Below, piece after piece: positions 11,467 to 21,530 of a stretch of DNA of 28,143 bases. Numbering within the stretch: position 1 is the stretch's first letter; each line of letters starts with the position of its first letter. The notes beneath the pieces were generated by a model that was not told the origin of the DNA, did not search any database, and saw nothing but the letters and a program-made list of their open reading frames with translations. The DNA is from Octopus sinensis (taxonomy: Eukaryota), in contig NW_021833402.1 in the NCBI RefSeq assembly GCF_006345805.1, forward strand, positions 1-28,143, read 5' to 3'. Made by a program: the position numbers and the translations under genes.

Positions 11467-11506
11467 GTCTTAACGCTTCGGAAGTTAGTCCTTCGTCATA
11501 AAGAAC
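11467..11506 (-). ncRNA. Decayed Penelope-type hammerhead motif (HHR-3)
   Basis: Minus strand reads GUUCUUU AUGACGA A GGA-CUAACU-UCC GAAG CGU U AAGAC. Same architecture as HHR-2, with two core substitutions (C3A and A15.1G). Confidence 0.5.
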
Positions 11507-12230
11507 ATATAGGAGAGAGAAAAATGAGAACCAGATGGAAGGAGTGTAAAATAAACATACGAGTGAGGAGAGGTAAGCAGCCTTTCCAACCCCATGCATC
11601 CTTTTTTCCTTTCTGTCATCTAATTTATTTATTTCTCAATTCTACGATATTTTTGCGAGGAAGGACCACGTACCAAACGGTAAAACACATTCCTTTCCTT
11701 TTAAATGCGAAGCTAACATAGTATTTCAAGAATTCATCCTTCTTTTGTTGTCTTTATCTTTTATAGTTCACTGCCTTTACAAAATATTTTTAATACATGC
11801 AGACTCCTTCTATTTACATCTGTGTATACACCATCATAAATATATGTATGTATGTAAATATGTACATATGTATGTGAGTGTTTATGTATGTATCTGTATA
11901 TATAAATGCATGCATGTATGCATGTATGTGTGTATGCTATATTGAATATAAAAAGGCAGTTGTAAATGTCATTTTGTAGAGTTTTATGACGAAATCTATC
12001 AAGAGGATCAGCAAATTTCTATATTTTAAGTTTCTTTTTAAATTTCTTAATATGTAAACAAAAGAAAGCATATAATGACAATGCGAAATTTTAACGCCAA
12101 TAAAAGATGAGAAAATATTTTCTTTAATTCGAAATGAAAACTGCATAAACTTTTCATGGATATAAGATAGCGAATGAAAAAAATAATAAAGAAAAACAGA
12201 GCGTAGATAAAAGCGATGTGGAGGATGAAT

Positions 12231-12233
<3 letters not shown>

Positions 12234-12289
<56 letters not shown>
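12234..12289. repeat. (AG)n microsatellite
   Basis: Read directly. Confidence 0.97.
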
Positions 12290-12292
<3 letters not shown>

Positions 12293-12392
12293 TCCGTTTG
12301 AGAATTGGTAGTAAAAATAAGGCTACTGCAGCAAGAGAAACGATATGCGTATTTGTATGTGTTTGTGTGGTGGAGGTGGGTGAGGTTGTCTA

Positions 12393-12525
12393 GATGCCGA
12401 GCTGTCAGAAATGTTAGCACGTCAAACAAAATGCTAAGTGTTGTGACTTGCGACTCTTTAAGGTATGGGTTCAAATTCCGCTGAGGCTAACCTTGCTACG
12501 CGTCACTTCGGAATAGTTAAAATAA
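12393..12525 (+). mobile_element. SINE family B-related 5' fragment, strongly diverged
   Basis: GCCGAGCTGTCAGAAATGTTAGCACGTC..AAATGCTAAG..GGGTTCAAATTCCGCTGAGG is colinear with the family B head. Confidence 0.7.
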
Positions 12526-12578
12526 AGAAGAAATTGAGTGTTAGGGTTGATGCTCTCAACTTGTTCTGTTCCATCAAA

Positions 12579-12620
<42 letters not shown>

Positions 12621-12731
12621 GTAAGTATATATCTATATGTATCTATCTATACATACATACACACACACACATATACATGTGTGTGTGTGTGTGTATGTGA
12701 GTGTGTGTGTGTATGTATGTATGTATATATA

Positions 12732-13290
12732 ATGGACTCTCCCGCCGTTAGACGTCGTATGACGATTCGGCAATTTCTTGCCGAACAACCACATAAATGA
12801 TCTGTTTATTCGGAGACCCCTTTCGGTCCCGAATGACCAAGGGATTGCACTTAGAAAGTTAGCCTCCGAGGCACAAGTCCGAGCAAGGTTGTTTATAGAA
12901 GACCAGTATTCGGCCATGCAACCCGGGCCTCCGCTCACCTCGCCACCAATGTTATCCAAGGGAAAGGCAAAGGCCGATGCAGCTTGGACCAGTGACTCTG
13001 TTTATAGTGATCAAATATCAGTGTTCACATAAGTTCACTCCCTCCATCAAGTCAACACTCCATCTCTCACAAACGCCGACCAAACGATCTCCAGTCACTC
13101 CCTATTCCAACGGCGAACGCCGTAGACATGGGGTTGGGTTTCAGATCAGCCTTGGAAGTTACCATTCTGGTACCATTTTCTTCTGGAATTGGGGATAAGC
13201 AGTTTAGAATTTTAATCGATTTGGATACTTTAATGTCCGAAAATAAATGTAAGGAATTATTCAAGGTTATACGACAAAACCCTAACTAAA
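12732..13290. other. Unclassified GC/CpG-enriched island with a hairpin cluster at 12753-12834; probable mobile-element relic
   Basis: Sharp compositional edge against (TA)n on the left; three adjacent inverted repeats; partial open frames on both strands with no recognisable family. Confidence 0.4.
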
Positions 13291-13650
13291 ATGGCCATGT
13301 ACTGCCACTCTAACACATGTACGATTTTTCATATATGTATACGGGGAGGTCATGTGCCTATGCCTGTGTGTGTGTCTGCATACATGTAAGTGTCGGTGAG
13401 CGTGTGTGTGTGAGTGTCTGTGCGTGAGTGTGTGTGTGTGTCTGCGATTATCTGTTTCTGTGTGTCTCTGTACGTATGCATGGATGTATCTATGGATTTA
13501 TCTCTCTATCTATTAATCTACATGTCTGTTTGTCTGTCTGTCTGTATGTATGTATTTATGTGTGTATGTATGTGTACCAATGCGTAAGTACGTATTGTGT
13601 GTACATAACTCTCTATGCATTTATTTCTATTTCTCAAGGTGTATATATAT

Positions 13651-13687
<37 letters not shown>

Positions 13688-14291
13688 CATTATAGCAGTA
13701 TGTGTGTGCACGTATTTAAGTATATACTTGTCAGCATGTGTGTATATACTCACAGAAACACACACACACACACATACCAGTTTCCCATTCAATCTCATTT
13801 TATCGAAAACGACGATAGTATTCAAATTTAATCTTCCTTTTCTTTTTTTCTATTAATGATTTTTTTTTTTCAAATTTTCATTTATCTTTGCTTTACGTTC
13901 AGTTTTGAACGATAACGTTCCTTCGTCCATCAATGTTTAAGACTTTTCTGATCTTATCCTTCGAATGAAGAAATTCTTAGTAACGTCCATCTTTATTGCT
14001 TCAATTTTATGTCGGCAGCGACGAGTAAAATCTCTATGATTCTTGTTCACCACTATAAAATTGCGACAGTAAAAATTCGCCGTCATCATCATCATCGTCC
14101 TCTATATCCGAAAGATTTCTTAGACGTTTTCCTCTGGATGTTTGATGAACGAAAGAATGTTATTGTTTCAAACGTTAAACGTAAAGGAATGTTAAGATAA
14201 TATTGAGAAAAATTAATAAACTATCGTGTAGTTAATATAATATGAAAACACATATACAAACGCTTTTGGATGCATGTATGTGTGTATATGT

Positions 14292-14366
14292 GCGTCCCCA
14301 AAGTCCATCCCCTCCTCACCGTGGTGGGGTCGCTGGCAACGGGTAGTGTCAGAGCTATGCCGTCGG
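14292..14366 (+). ncRNA. Candidate HDV-like ribozyme (partial fold)
   Basis: P1 GCGUCCCC (14292-99)/GGGGUCGC (14326-33); P3 CC/GG around L3 UCACCGU (14316-22); P1.1 CA/UG; short P4; J4/2 GCUAU with C14355. P2 cannot be paired convincingly. Confidence 0.45.
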
Positions 14367-14650
14367 AACTTCGGTTCCTGGTAGGGCCACCCAAGGCGGA
14401 TTGGTCTGACACCGAGTGGTATTAGGGCAGACGGGGCTCTGGTGAAAATCCTCGGAGTGTCTGCTTCGGCAACCGGCGGCCCCTCGGTCGTTCTGTCCCT
14501 GCGTTTGCGGACAATCTGGGGCAAACAGGATGTCTCTAAATGCGGGATTGTTGGGGACCGCTTGTGAAATCCACATATTCCCACGAAACTTCTTCCATGA
14601 GTAGAAGAAGCCGACTGAACCCGCACAGGGTGAATGTCGCCACAAGTACA
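14292..14650 (+). mobile_element. 5' end (5' UTR) of an RTE-clade non-LTR retrotransposon
   Basis: GC-rich block containing CACCGTGGTGG...AGAGCTATGCCGTCGG-hairpin-CTGGTAGGGCCACCCAAGGC, which resembles 5' UTRs of Rex3/Expander-type RTE elements as I recall them. It has a perfect GGAAC-UUCG-GUUCC hairpin at 14365-14378. Confidence 0.55.
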
Positions 14651-14680
14651 AGTAAGTGTGTGTGAGTGTGCATGTGTGTG

Positions 14681-14783
14681 AAGGTGTGTGGCCCAGGTAT
14701 TAGAGCGGTGCACTGTCGTGGGTTCGATTTCCGGAACGAGAGGCGCATTTTGTTCTTGAGCAACACTTTTTACTTCACGTTGC
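14681..14783 (+). mobile_element. tRNA-derived SINE head with CORE-like segment, 3'-truncated
   Basis: A-box-like TGGCCCAGGT, B-box GGTTCGATTTC (14721-14731), then TGTTCTTGAGCAACACTTT..CTTCACGTTGC. Confidence 0.7.
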
Positions 14784-14829
14784 TTTTATCTGCTCAATTT
14801 ATTTGTTACTGAACAACTAAACACAAAAG

Positions 14830-15135
14830 ACAAGGTATTTAGAACTGAACAATCATCAAACAACCCTCGCTTCGACATTCCTGCTGAAATTTACGTGGCA
14901 TCAACCCGTTACTTAATGAGCAAAAATGGAAGATTCCATACATAGGCTTGATGAAATGACACACAGAATCCCTTTCTTCATCTTCACAGAAACCCATCTA
15001 GACAACACTGACATGGATGCCCAGGTTAAAATTTTAAAAAATTCACCATCATCTGTTCAAATCGCACAGTCCAAAATAAAGGAGAAACAACTATTTTTCT
15101 GAATTACGGAGATGTACTTGCATAGCAAGTGACTT
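14830..15135 (+). mobile_element. CR1/L2-type LINE apurinic-like endonuclease N-terminus, frameshifted relic
   Basis: Across frameshifts it reads STFLL/NLRGINPLLNEQKWKIPY/DEMTHRIPFFIFTETHLDNTDMDAQVKI/FTIICSNRTVQNKGETTIF. This gives the N.RG motif (14888), the ETHL motif (14989-15000) and an R.DR...GG-like motif in the correct order. Confidence 0.7.
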
Positions 15136-15149
15136 GATCTGAAATTGTG

Positions 15150-15296
15150 TGCTGGAACGAAAACAATTGCAGCGTGGAAGGTGTTTATAAGCCATTAAAG
15201 AAACACACAAAAACCGTTCGATTCACTTCAACATTTAAATTTAATTTGTCAAAATATTTTCGTCGCTTTGAGACCGCGACCTTTTCAATGACGAAA
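15150..15296 (-). mobile_element. Penelope-like pLTR remnant containing HHR-4
   Basis: The hammerhead fold at 15296-15245 is followed directly by ATTAAA and a T-rich tail on the minus strand. Confidence 0.55.
15245..15296 (-). ncRNA. Type I hammerhead ribozyme motif with U3-A8 core variant (HHR-4)
   Basis: Minus strand reads UUU-C-GUCA UUGAAAA G GUCGC-GGUCUCAAA-GCGAC GAAA AUAUU U UGAC-AAA. Stem I is 4+3 bp, stem II is a perfect 5 bp, and stem III is the palindrome AAUAUU. Confidence 0.72.
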
Positions 15297-16064
15297 CATC
15301 GTGCGGCATTATTTTTCTACATGATTCCTTTGCCATGGATTCCAAAGCCATATTTTCCAATAACTTCTGTGACTCCATAACATTATCCAAAAACGTTAAT
15401 GACATAACTAATGTCGGTCTCTACAGGTCTCCTTCCTCAAGTTCCCGAAGACGTAGAACCTCTTATATTTCTTCTTTTAACTCACTGAACTTCATTCTTC
15501 AACTTCTTTGGGTTTTTTTTTTTGGGGGGGGGGCATTTTTGCTTTATATTTCTACTCGTCTCAGGCACTTGTTGAACTCCGCCAGTATTTACTGCTTGCT
15601 TCTTTCTTTCTTGCTTTTAATTAGACTCCTGTTATTTCGTACAAGTCTGTTTCGTAGTTAATCATATTCCATTGCCTATGGAGAGTTATTCGCAGACATC
15701 TTGCAGATCTATCATGAAAATTATCTGCGTGCGTATGTGTGTATGTAGGTTTTCTCTCTGTGTGTGTATGTGCGCACGCGCGTATGTGTACTTGCAATGG
15801 TGTTTTGTAGTGCGTGCTCAAAACCAAAGAAGCCATAGAGGTGGTTGCATCAGTCTTTCGGCATCTAAATTTGGCGAAGCCCATTGCTCTCCAGATCTGA
15901 TCGCAGCCTATATTTTTTTCGAGATAGCAGAGGAAATGACAAAGAGAGAGAGAGGGAGAGAAATAAGAGAAAGTGAGAGAGAGAGAGGGTGAGAAACTGA
16001 GAGATAGACAGAGAGAGCGAAGTCGAGCGGGAGAGAGAGGAAGTAAATTCGACTGAAATGTTAC

Positions 16065-16170
16065 TATATTCATTTACCCCCGAAAGGATGAACGAATTTA
16101 AAACTCTGTGAGAACAAAATGCGCTTGGAATGAATCACAGAAAGGCGTCCTATCCAATTTACTAACCATT
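16065..16170 (-). mobile_element. Decayed SINE family B-related fragment
   Basis: TTTACCCCCGAAAGGATGAACGAATTTAAAACTC resembles the minus-strand body of family B with an internal deletion. Confidence 0.45.
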
Positions 16171-16204
16171 CCTTCCTTTCAATACCTTACTGAAAGTAGC
16201 TGAA

Positions 16205-16396
16205 ATTTCTCAAGCGTATTGTTGCATATCTAGACATGCACATATATATTTAAAAGATAGACTCCTGAAAGTTTTGCAGATTTTTACAGTTCCAGTGATT
16301 GAGTGGATCTGTAGTCTTCGAATTAGCTTTCTCCTTTCTGGCTTTTCGAGGCCTAATTTCTCAAGACTGGTATTTAGGCAGTGTGTTACATGTCCC
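16205..16396 (-). mobile_element. 3' end of a restriction-like-endonuclease (REL) non-LTR retrotransposon, 5'-truncated
   Basis: GHVTHCLNTSLEKLGLEKPERRKLIRRLQIHSITGTVKICKTF (within ORF 16210..16446) matches the C-terminal pattern G.LG....L..LG....LQ....GT..I of REL-type elements. The clade cannot be resolved by eye. Confidence 0.65.
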
Positions 16397-16700
16397 GCAT
16401 TTAGTCTTTCCTTTAGACATTTTAGATTGAAAATACGCCTGCACACGCATATTTAGGACTTGCCTTCATTTACCCGAATCTATTCTATTTAATTCAAAGA
16501 GCCACATCCTTTTTCAAAGGATGTTTCTCAATGTTTCTCAAACACTTTCCAGTCATTCATAAACAGAAGATGGTTCAATGATGGGCCTTTCTATCCACAT
16601 CGTTAACTCATCTTAAACTTTCCTACGTGTCATTTTTATGGGTATTAGTGCAATTACAAAAAATGTAACGGAGAAAACGAGTCACCTTGGAAGATTCCCC

Positions 16701-16774
<74 letters not shown>
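16701..16774. repeat. Pure (TTA)n microsatellite forming the 3' tail/target of the adjacent R4/Dong-type element
   Basis: Read directly. Confidence 0.97.
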
Positions 16775-16777
<3 letters not shown>

Positions 16778-17163
16778 TAGTTTTATTTTTATAGCGTGCT
16801 TTCACTTCACTACCGAGCGCAGCTCTGTGTGCCTTGGGTATGTGCTGTGATTTGCTGTGATGCTCTGATGGTTATTGTATGGAAAGTGTTCTGCGTAGGA
16901 TGTGTGCAGTGCCGAGTAGTGCAATTTTCTGTATGTTATATGTGTTTGTAAGTCCTGGTGTTTTTGTTATGTATTTCTCTGAATATTTTTTTATCATGCC
17001 TAATGCACCTACTATGATAGGAAGTTGTTTCTGTTTCAGATTCCACATTCTAGTTTACCGATATTTCAGGTCTTTGTATTTTGAGAGTTTCTCCATTTCT
17101 TTTAGAGACCTTTTGTCATCAGCCGTATTGATACATCAATTAGAAAGCATTTTTTTTCTTCAT
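16775..17163 (-). mobile_element. R4/Dong-clade non-LTR retrotransposon 3' end (REL domain C-terminus plus 3' UTR), 5'-truncated
   Basis: Minus strand reads EEKKCFLIDVSI/ADDKRSLKEMEKLSKYKDLKYR*TRMWNLKQKQLPIIVGALGMIKKYSEKYITKTPGLTNTYNIQKIALLGTAHILRRTLSIQ* (stop at 16872-16874). It is flanked on both sides by (TAA)n. Confidence 0.9.
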
Positions 17164-17829
17164 TATTATTATTATTGTCATTATTATTATTGATATTATT
17201 ATTATTATTATTATTTCAACTACTACTACTACTACTACTACTATAGTTGTTGTTATTTTATCATTGAAAAGATCGTGTTGAGATATTAAGAATTTTAACA
17301 ATAGACTCGTGAAAGAATATCCTATCAAAAACGTAAATTCAGAAACGCAAAACAATTAAGCCAACAAACGAAAAAAGTAATGGGTGAAAATAGATGCCGA
17401 AAACAAGGGAAGACAACTGAAAGTAATATCATCGTTCGTATTCTCTTCACTTCTTTCTATCTATTATATAGGTTTTTAAGTAATTTTTAAGGGGTATATA
17501 TATATAGTTATATATCTATATATATATATAATATATATACATATAGATATATTCAGATTCATCTACATGAATGCAATATTTTTCTGGTTCAGTGAATTTA
17601 TGTATTTTATATGCTATATGAGTTTATACGTATATAATTTTTTTCCGGGTTTTCTGCCTATAAACTTTCATTTAAAATTATCGTTGAATGTTATTTAGCA
17701 GAGATAAAAATCAACAAACATTTTCATTTTTTGGGGGAATAACTTTCATGTAAACTTTCAGCTTCACTTCATCTGTGCAAACATAAACACAAATACAAAT
17801 TCTTATGTATGGATTTGTATATAAACAAT

Positions 17830-17921
17830 ACACACGCATCTATATATATATATCATATATATATATATATATATATATAGAATATATATATAATATATAT
17901 ATATGATAGATATATATATAG

Positions 17922-17971
<50 letters not shown>

Positions 17972-18346
17972 TAGATAATAGATAGTAGATATATGTATAT
18001 ATGGGGAACAAATTTATATTTGAATATATGAGAATGTATATATATATATTATGTATATGTATAGATAATTACGTGTATATATATATAATAGTCATCTGCA
18101 TGTATAAATATATATGTATGTAATATACATATGTATATATATATATATATATAATATATAATATGTTTGCGTGTGTGTGTATATATATATAGATATGGAT
18201 ACATATAGTTTTTTCTATATATATTAATAATTTACAAGGTTGATTAAACCAAATTATATGAATAAATGCATATGAATGAATATAGACGCACATCGATAAT
18301 ATATATACCTGTATATATATATATATATATATATTATAAATATATA

Positions 18347-18394
<48 letters not shown>

Positions 18395-18494
18395 ATATGT
18401 ATATATATTATATATATATGCATGATAAATGCTTACATGTGTATATCTATCTATCTCCTCTCTCTCTCCTCTGGCCCTCAATATATATATATAT

Positions 18495-18525
<31 letters not shown>

Positions 18526-18529
18526 TATA

Positions 18530-18580
<51 letters not shown>

Positions 18581-18600
18581 GTGTATGTATGTATGTATAC
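17830..18600. repeat. Long degenerate (TA)n tract with embedded (GATA)n
   Basis: Read directly. Confidence 0.9.
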
Positions 18601-18907
18601 ATACCTACATGACTATATATCGGTACATACGTATACTTGTATGTATATGTGCATACCGATATAAAGAGTAATATACAAAGGTTCTTCGTTTCTTAAATGC
18701 GTATACAATTTGGTTTTGATTCTATTTTTATATACGCGTTAATTATTTTAATTGCTTTGTATTATACATTCTGTAAATATTGAAATAGCATTCAATGCAA
18801 TCGTTATGAATTCTCTCTTGTTTATTCCAAACGTTTCTTATACATTATACACACGGCAGCTCATACGTCAACCCACATGGAATCCCACGTGTATATGTAT
18901 GTATATA

Positions 18908-18961
<54 letters not shown>

Positions 18962-19338
18962 GTGTGTGTGGTGTGTGTTGTGTTGTGTTTGTGCGTGTAT
19001 GCATGCGTATGTGTGTATATATATTTCTGTAGTAAGAATAATCATAATGTTCACTAAAATTTATTGCTTTACGTTATGCATATATTCATGCAAATATTAT
19101 ATGTGTATTACATACAGACACACACGCACACACACCACACACATAATATATATATATCTTTATATATATGTACAACACTATATACATATATTTATATACT
19201 TGTGTGTGTGTGCATATACATATCTATAGATATTCATATATGATATATTCATGTTTATATACGTGTGTATATATATCTATATATATATATATATATATAA
19301 TATATAATATATATATGTATATTATATAATATATTATA

Positions 19339-19378
<40 letters not shown>

Positions 19379-19970
19379 CATAAGTGTTTTATATATATCT
19401 ATTATGTACCTAAATGTACATATATAAATTATTCACGTATACTTACATTTATATATAAAGATAAGTGTAGGTAAATTGATATATAGTAGTCTATCTATCT
19501 ATCTATCGATAATACATACATACGCACACACATATATATATAAACGCACACAGACATACACCCACAAACACAAAACACCCAGAAACACACACACACATAT
19601 ATTAATATTAAATAATATTTCCTTCTTTGATTTTTATTTATTTCCTTCCTACACTCTTTTCCATTCTCTTCTGCGTCAGGTATTCATCTGTAATATTTAT
19701 ATTATATCATTATGTTACACGAGCGTGGCGAACCGTTGATAAATCTTCCTTTGGCATTTTTTTAGGGCTCTCATCTCATTTATATGAATAATTTTCCTTA
19801 GTTTCTCCTCTCAAACGTACAGCGAAGCATGCACAGACGTTTGTACCTCCACAATTACATACACATATATAGGTGTATATATATATCTATATATATATAT
19901 ATATATCTATATATATATATAATATATAAATATACAGACACACACAAAACAAACACGCATACAATATAAT

Positions 19971-20006
19971 AGATAGATTAGGGATAGGTAGATAGAGATA
20001 TAAATT

Positions 20007-20062
<56 letters not shown>

Positions 20063-20178
20063 TAGATCGATAGATCGGGAAATATATTGATAGATAGATA
20101 AATAGATAGAGAGATAGAGATAGATAGATATAGATAGATTGATAGATAAATAGATAGATAGATAGAATAGATAGATAG

Positions 20179-20219
<41 letters not shown>

Positions 20220-20312
20220 GACAGATAGATAGATAGATGATATTGATATAGATATATAGATAGATAGATAGATAGATAGATATAGATAGATAGCTGTAAA
20301 GATAGATAGATG

Positions 20313-20347
<35 letters not shown>

Positions 20348-20384
20348 GATAGATAGATAGATATAGATAATAGATAGATAGATA

Positions 20385-20434
<50 letters not shown>
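19971..20434. repeat. Long imperfect (GATA)n microsatellite (~460 bp)
   Basis: Read directly; source of the SIYL-repeat ORFs. Confidence 0.95.
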
Positions 20435-20849
20435 GGCTTTCAGCATATATAAATATTAATTCAAACGAAATTGACATTAAGCTACGTGTGTACTTAAGTG
20501 AATGTGAGCAATTAACTAAATGCCTATCACATATACGCACACACACTCACACACAGGTACATGTATACACTCACATACGCATGTAAACACACAAGAATAT
20601 ATATATATAATATATAAAGCAATACATAGACACATTGATAAATGTATGCAGATATAAATATACATGCATCAATTTATGCAAGGTTTATTTAAATATATGT
20701 ATATACATCAACAATACGCTCATGTATATATATATATATGAGCGTGTATATATATATAACATACACAAAGAAACACATATGAAAGCATGTACGTGTTTAT
20801 GCGCATGCGTATATATAAATATATAAATATATGCATGCACATACACAGA

Positions 20850-21331
20850 TGTGTGTGTGTATATATATTAGAATGTCTATTTTTATGTGTCTGTACGTGC
20901 GTATGTATCAATGTGTTTAAGATTGTATGCATGCATATACGCATGAATATATGTATGTATGTGTGGGTATATAAATATGTGTTTGTGTGAGTGTGTTTAT
21001 GTATGTATGCGTGTATGTATGTTAGTATGTATATACGTATATGTGTATGTGTGTGTCAGTGTGTTTATGTATGTGTGTGTCAGTGTGTTTATGTATGTAT
21101 GTTTCAATGCCTGCATGTGTGCATGTATGTATATATGTATGAATCTATCTGTGTATGTGAGTGTGTATATAAATGTACGAGTGTATACAATTAAACATTT
21201 TATTGTATAACATTTGATGAATGACATTGTTCCTAATTGAATTTTTCCGCCTTACTGCATTATAAATCAGTCAACCGTTAACAAAATTTCTTTTGCTCTC
21301 GTGAGTGTACACACGCACACAAACACACACA

Positions 21332-21414
<83 letters not shown>

Positions 21415-21530
21415 GTACGTATATGTGTATGTGTGTTTATGTATATCTGTAGGTCTGCATGTATGTGTATGTATGTGTATATATATATGTGTGTGTATGT
21501 AGTCGTGTATACAAGTGTGTGTATGTGTAT
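20850..21530. repeat. (TG)/(TATG)-rich tract followed by (CA)n at ~21338-21384 and (TA)n
   Basis: Read directly. Confidence 0.85.

Noticed and set aside
11296-11721. 141-aa ORF with a good donor-like site AG/GTAAGC at 11572/11573
   Set aside because: There is no convincing acceptor or recognisable protein, and it overlaps the antisense of a hammerhead/pLTR-like relic. Only RNA-seq could rescue it.
14289-14644. Solo LTR interpretation (TGTG...CACA ends) and the 166-aa minus-strand ORF 14213..14713
   Set aside because: There is no target-site duplication or poly(A) signal, and TG/CA ends are trivial in TG-rich flanks. GC-rich DNA gives long ORFs easily, and the RTE 5' UTR reading explains the block better.
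15290-15500. Minus-strand frame MKFSELKEEI*EVLRLRELEEGDL*RPTLVMSLTFLDNVMESQKLLENMALESMAKESCRKIM upstream of HHR-4
   Set aside because: It looks protein-like but has two stops and no family motif I can identify, so it cannot be assigned to the Penelope-like element.
17744-17780. Minus-strand CAGAUGA..GAAAG hammerhead-like spacing
   Set aside because: There is no stem I or III pairing and only a 2-bp stem II; this is expected by chance.
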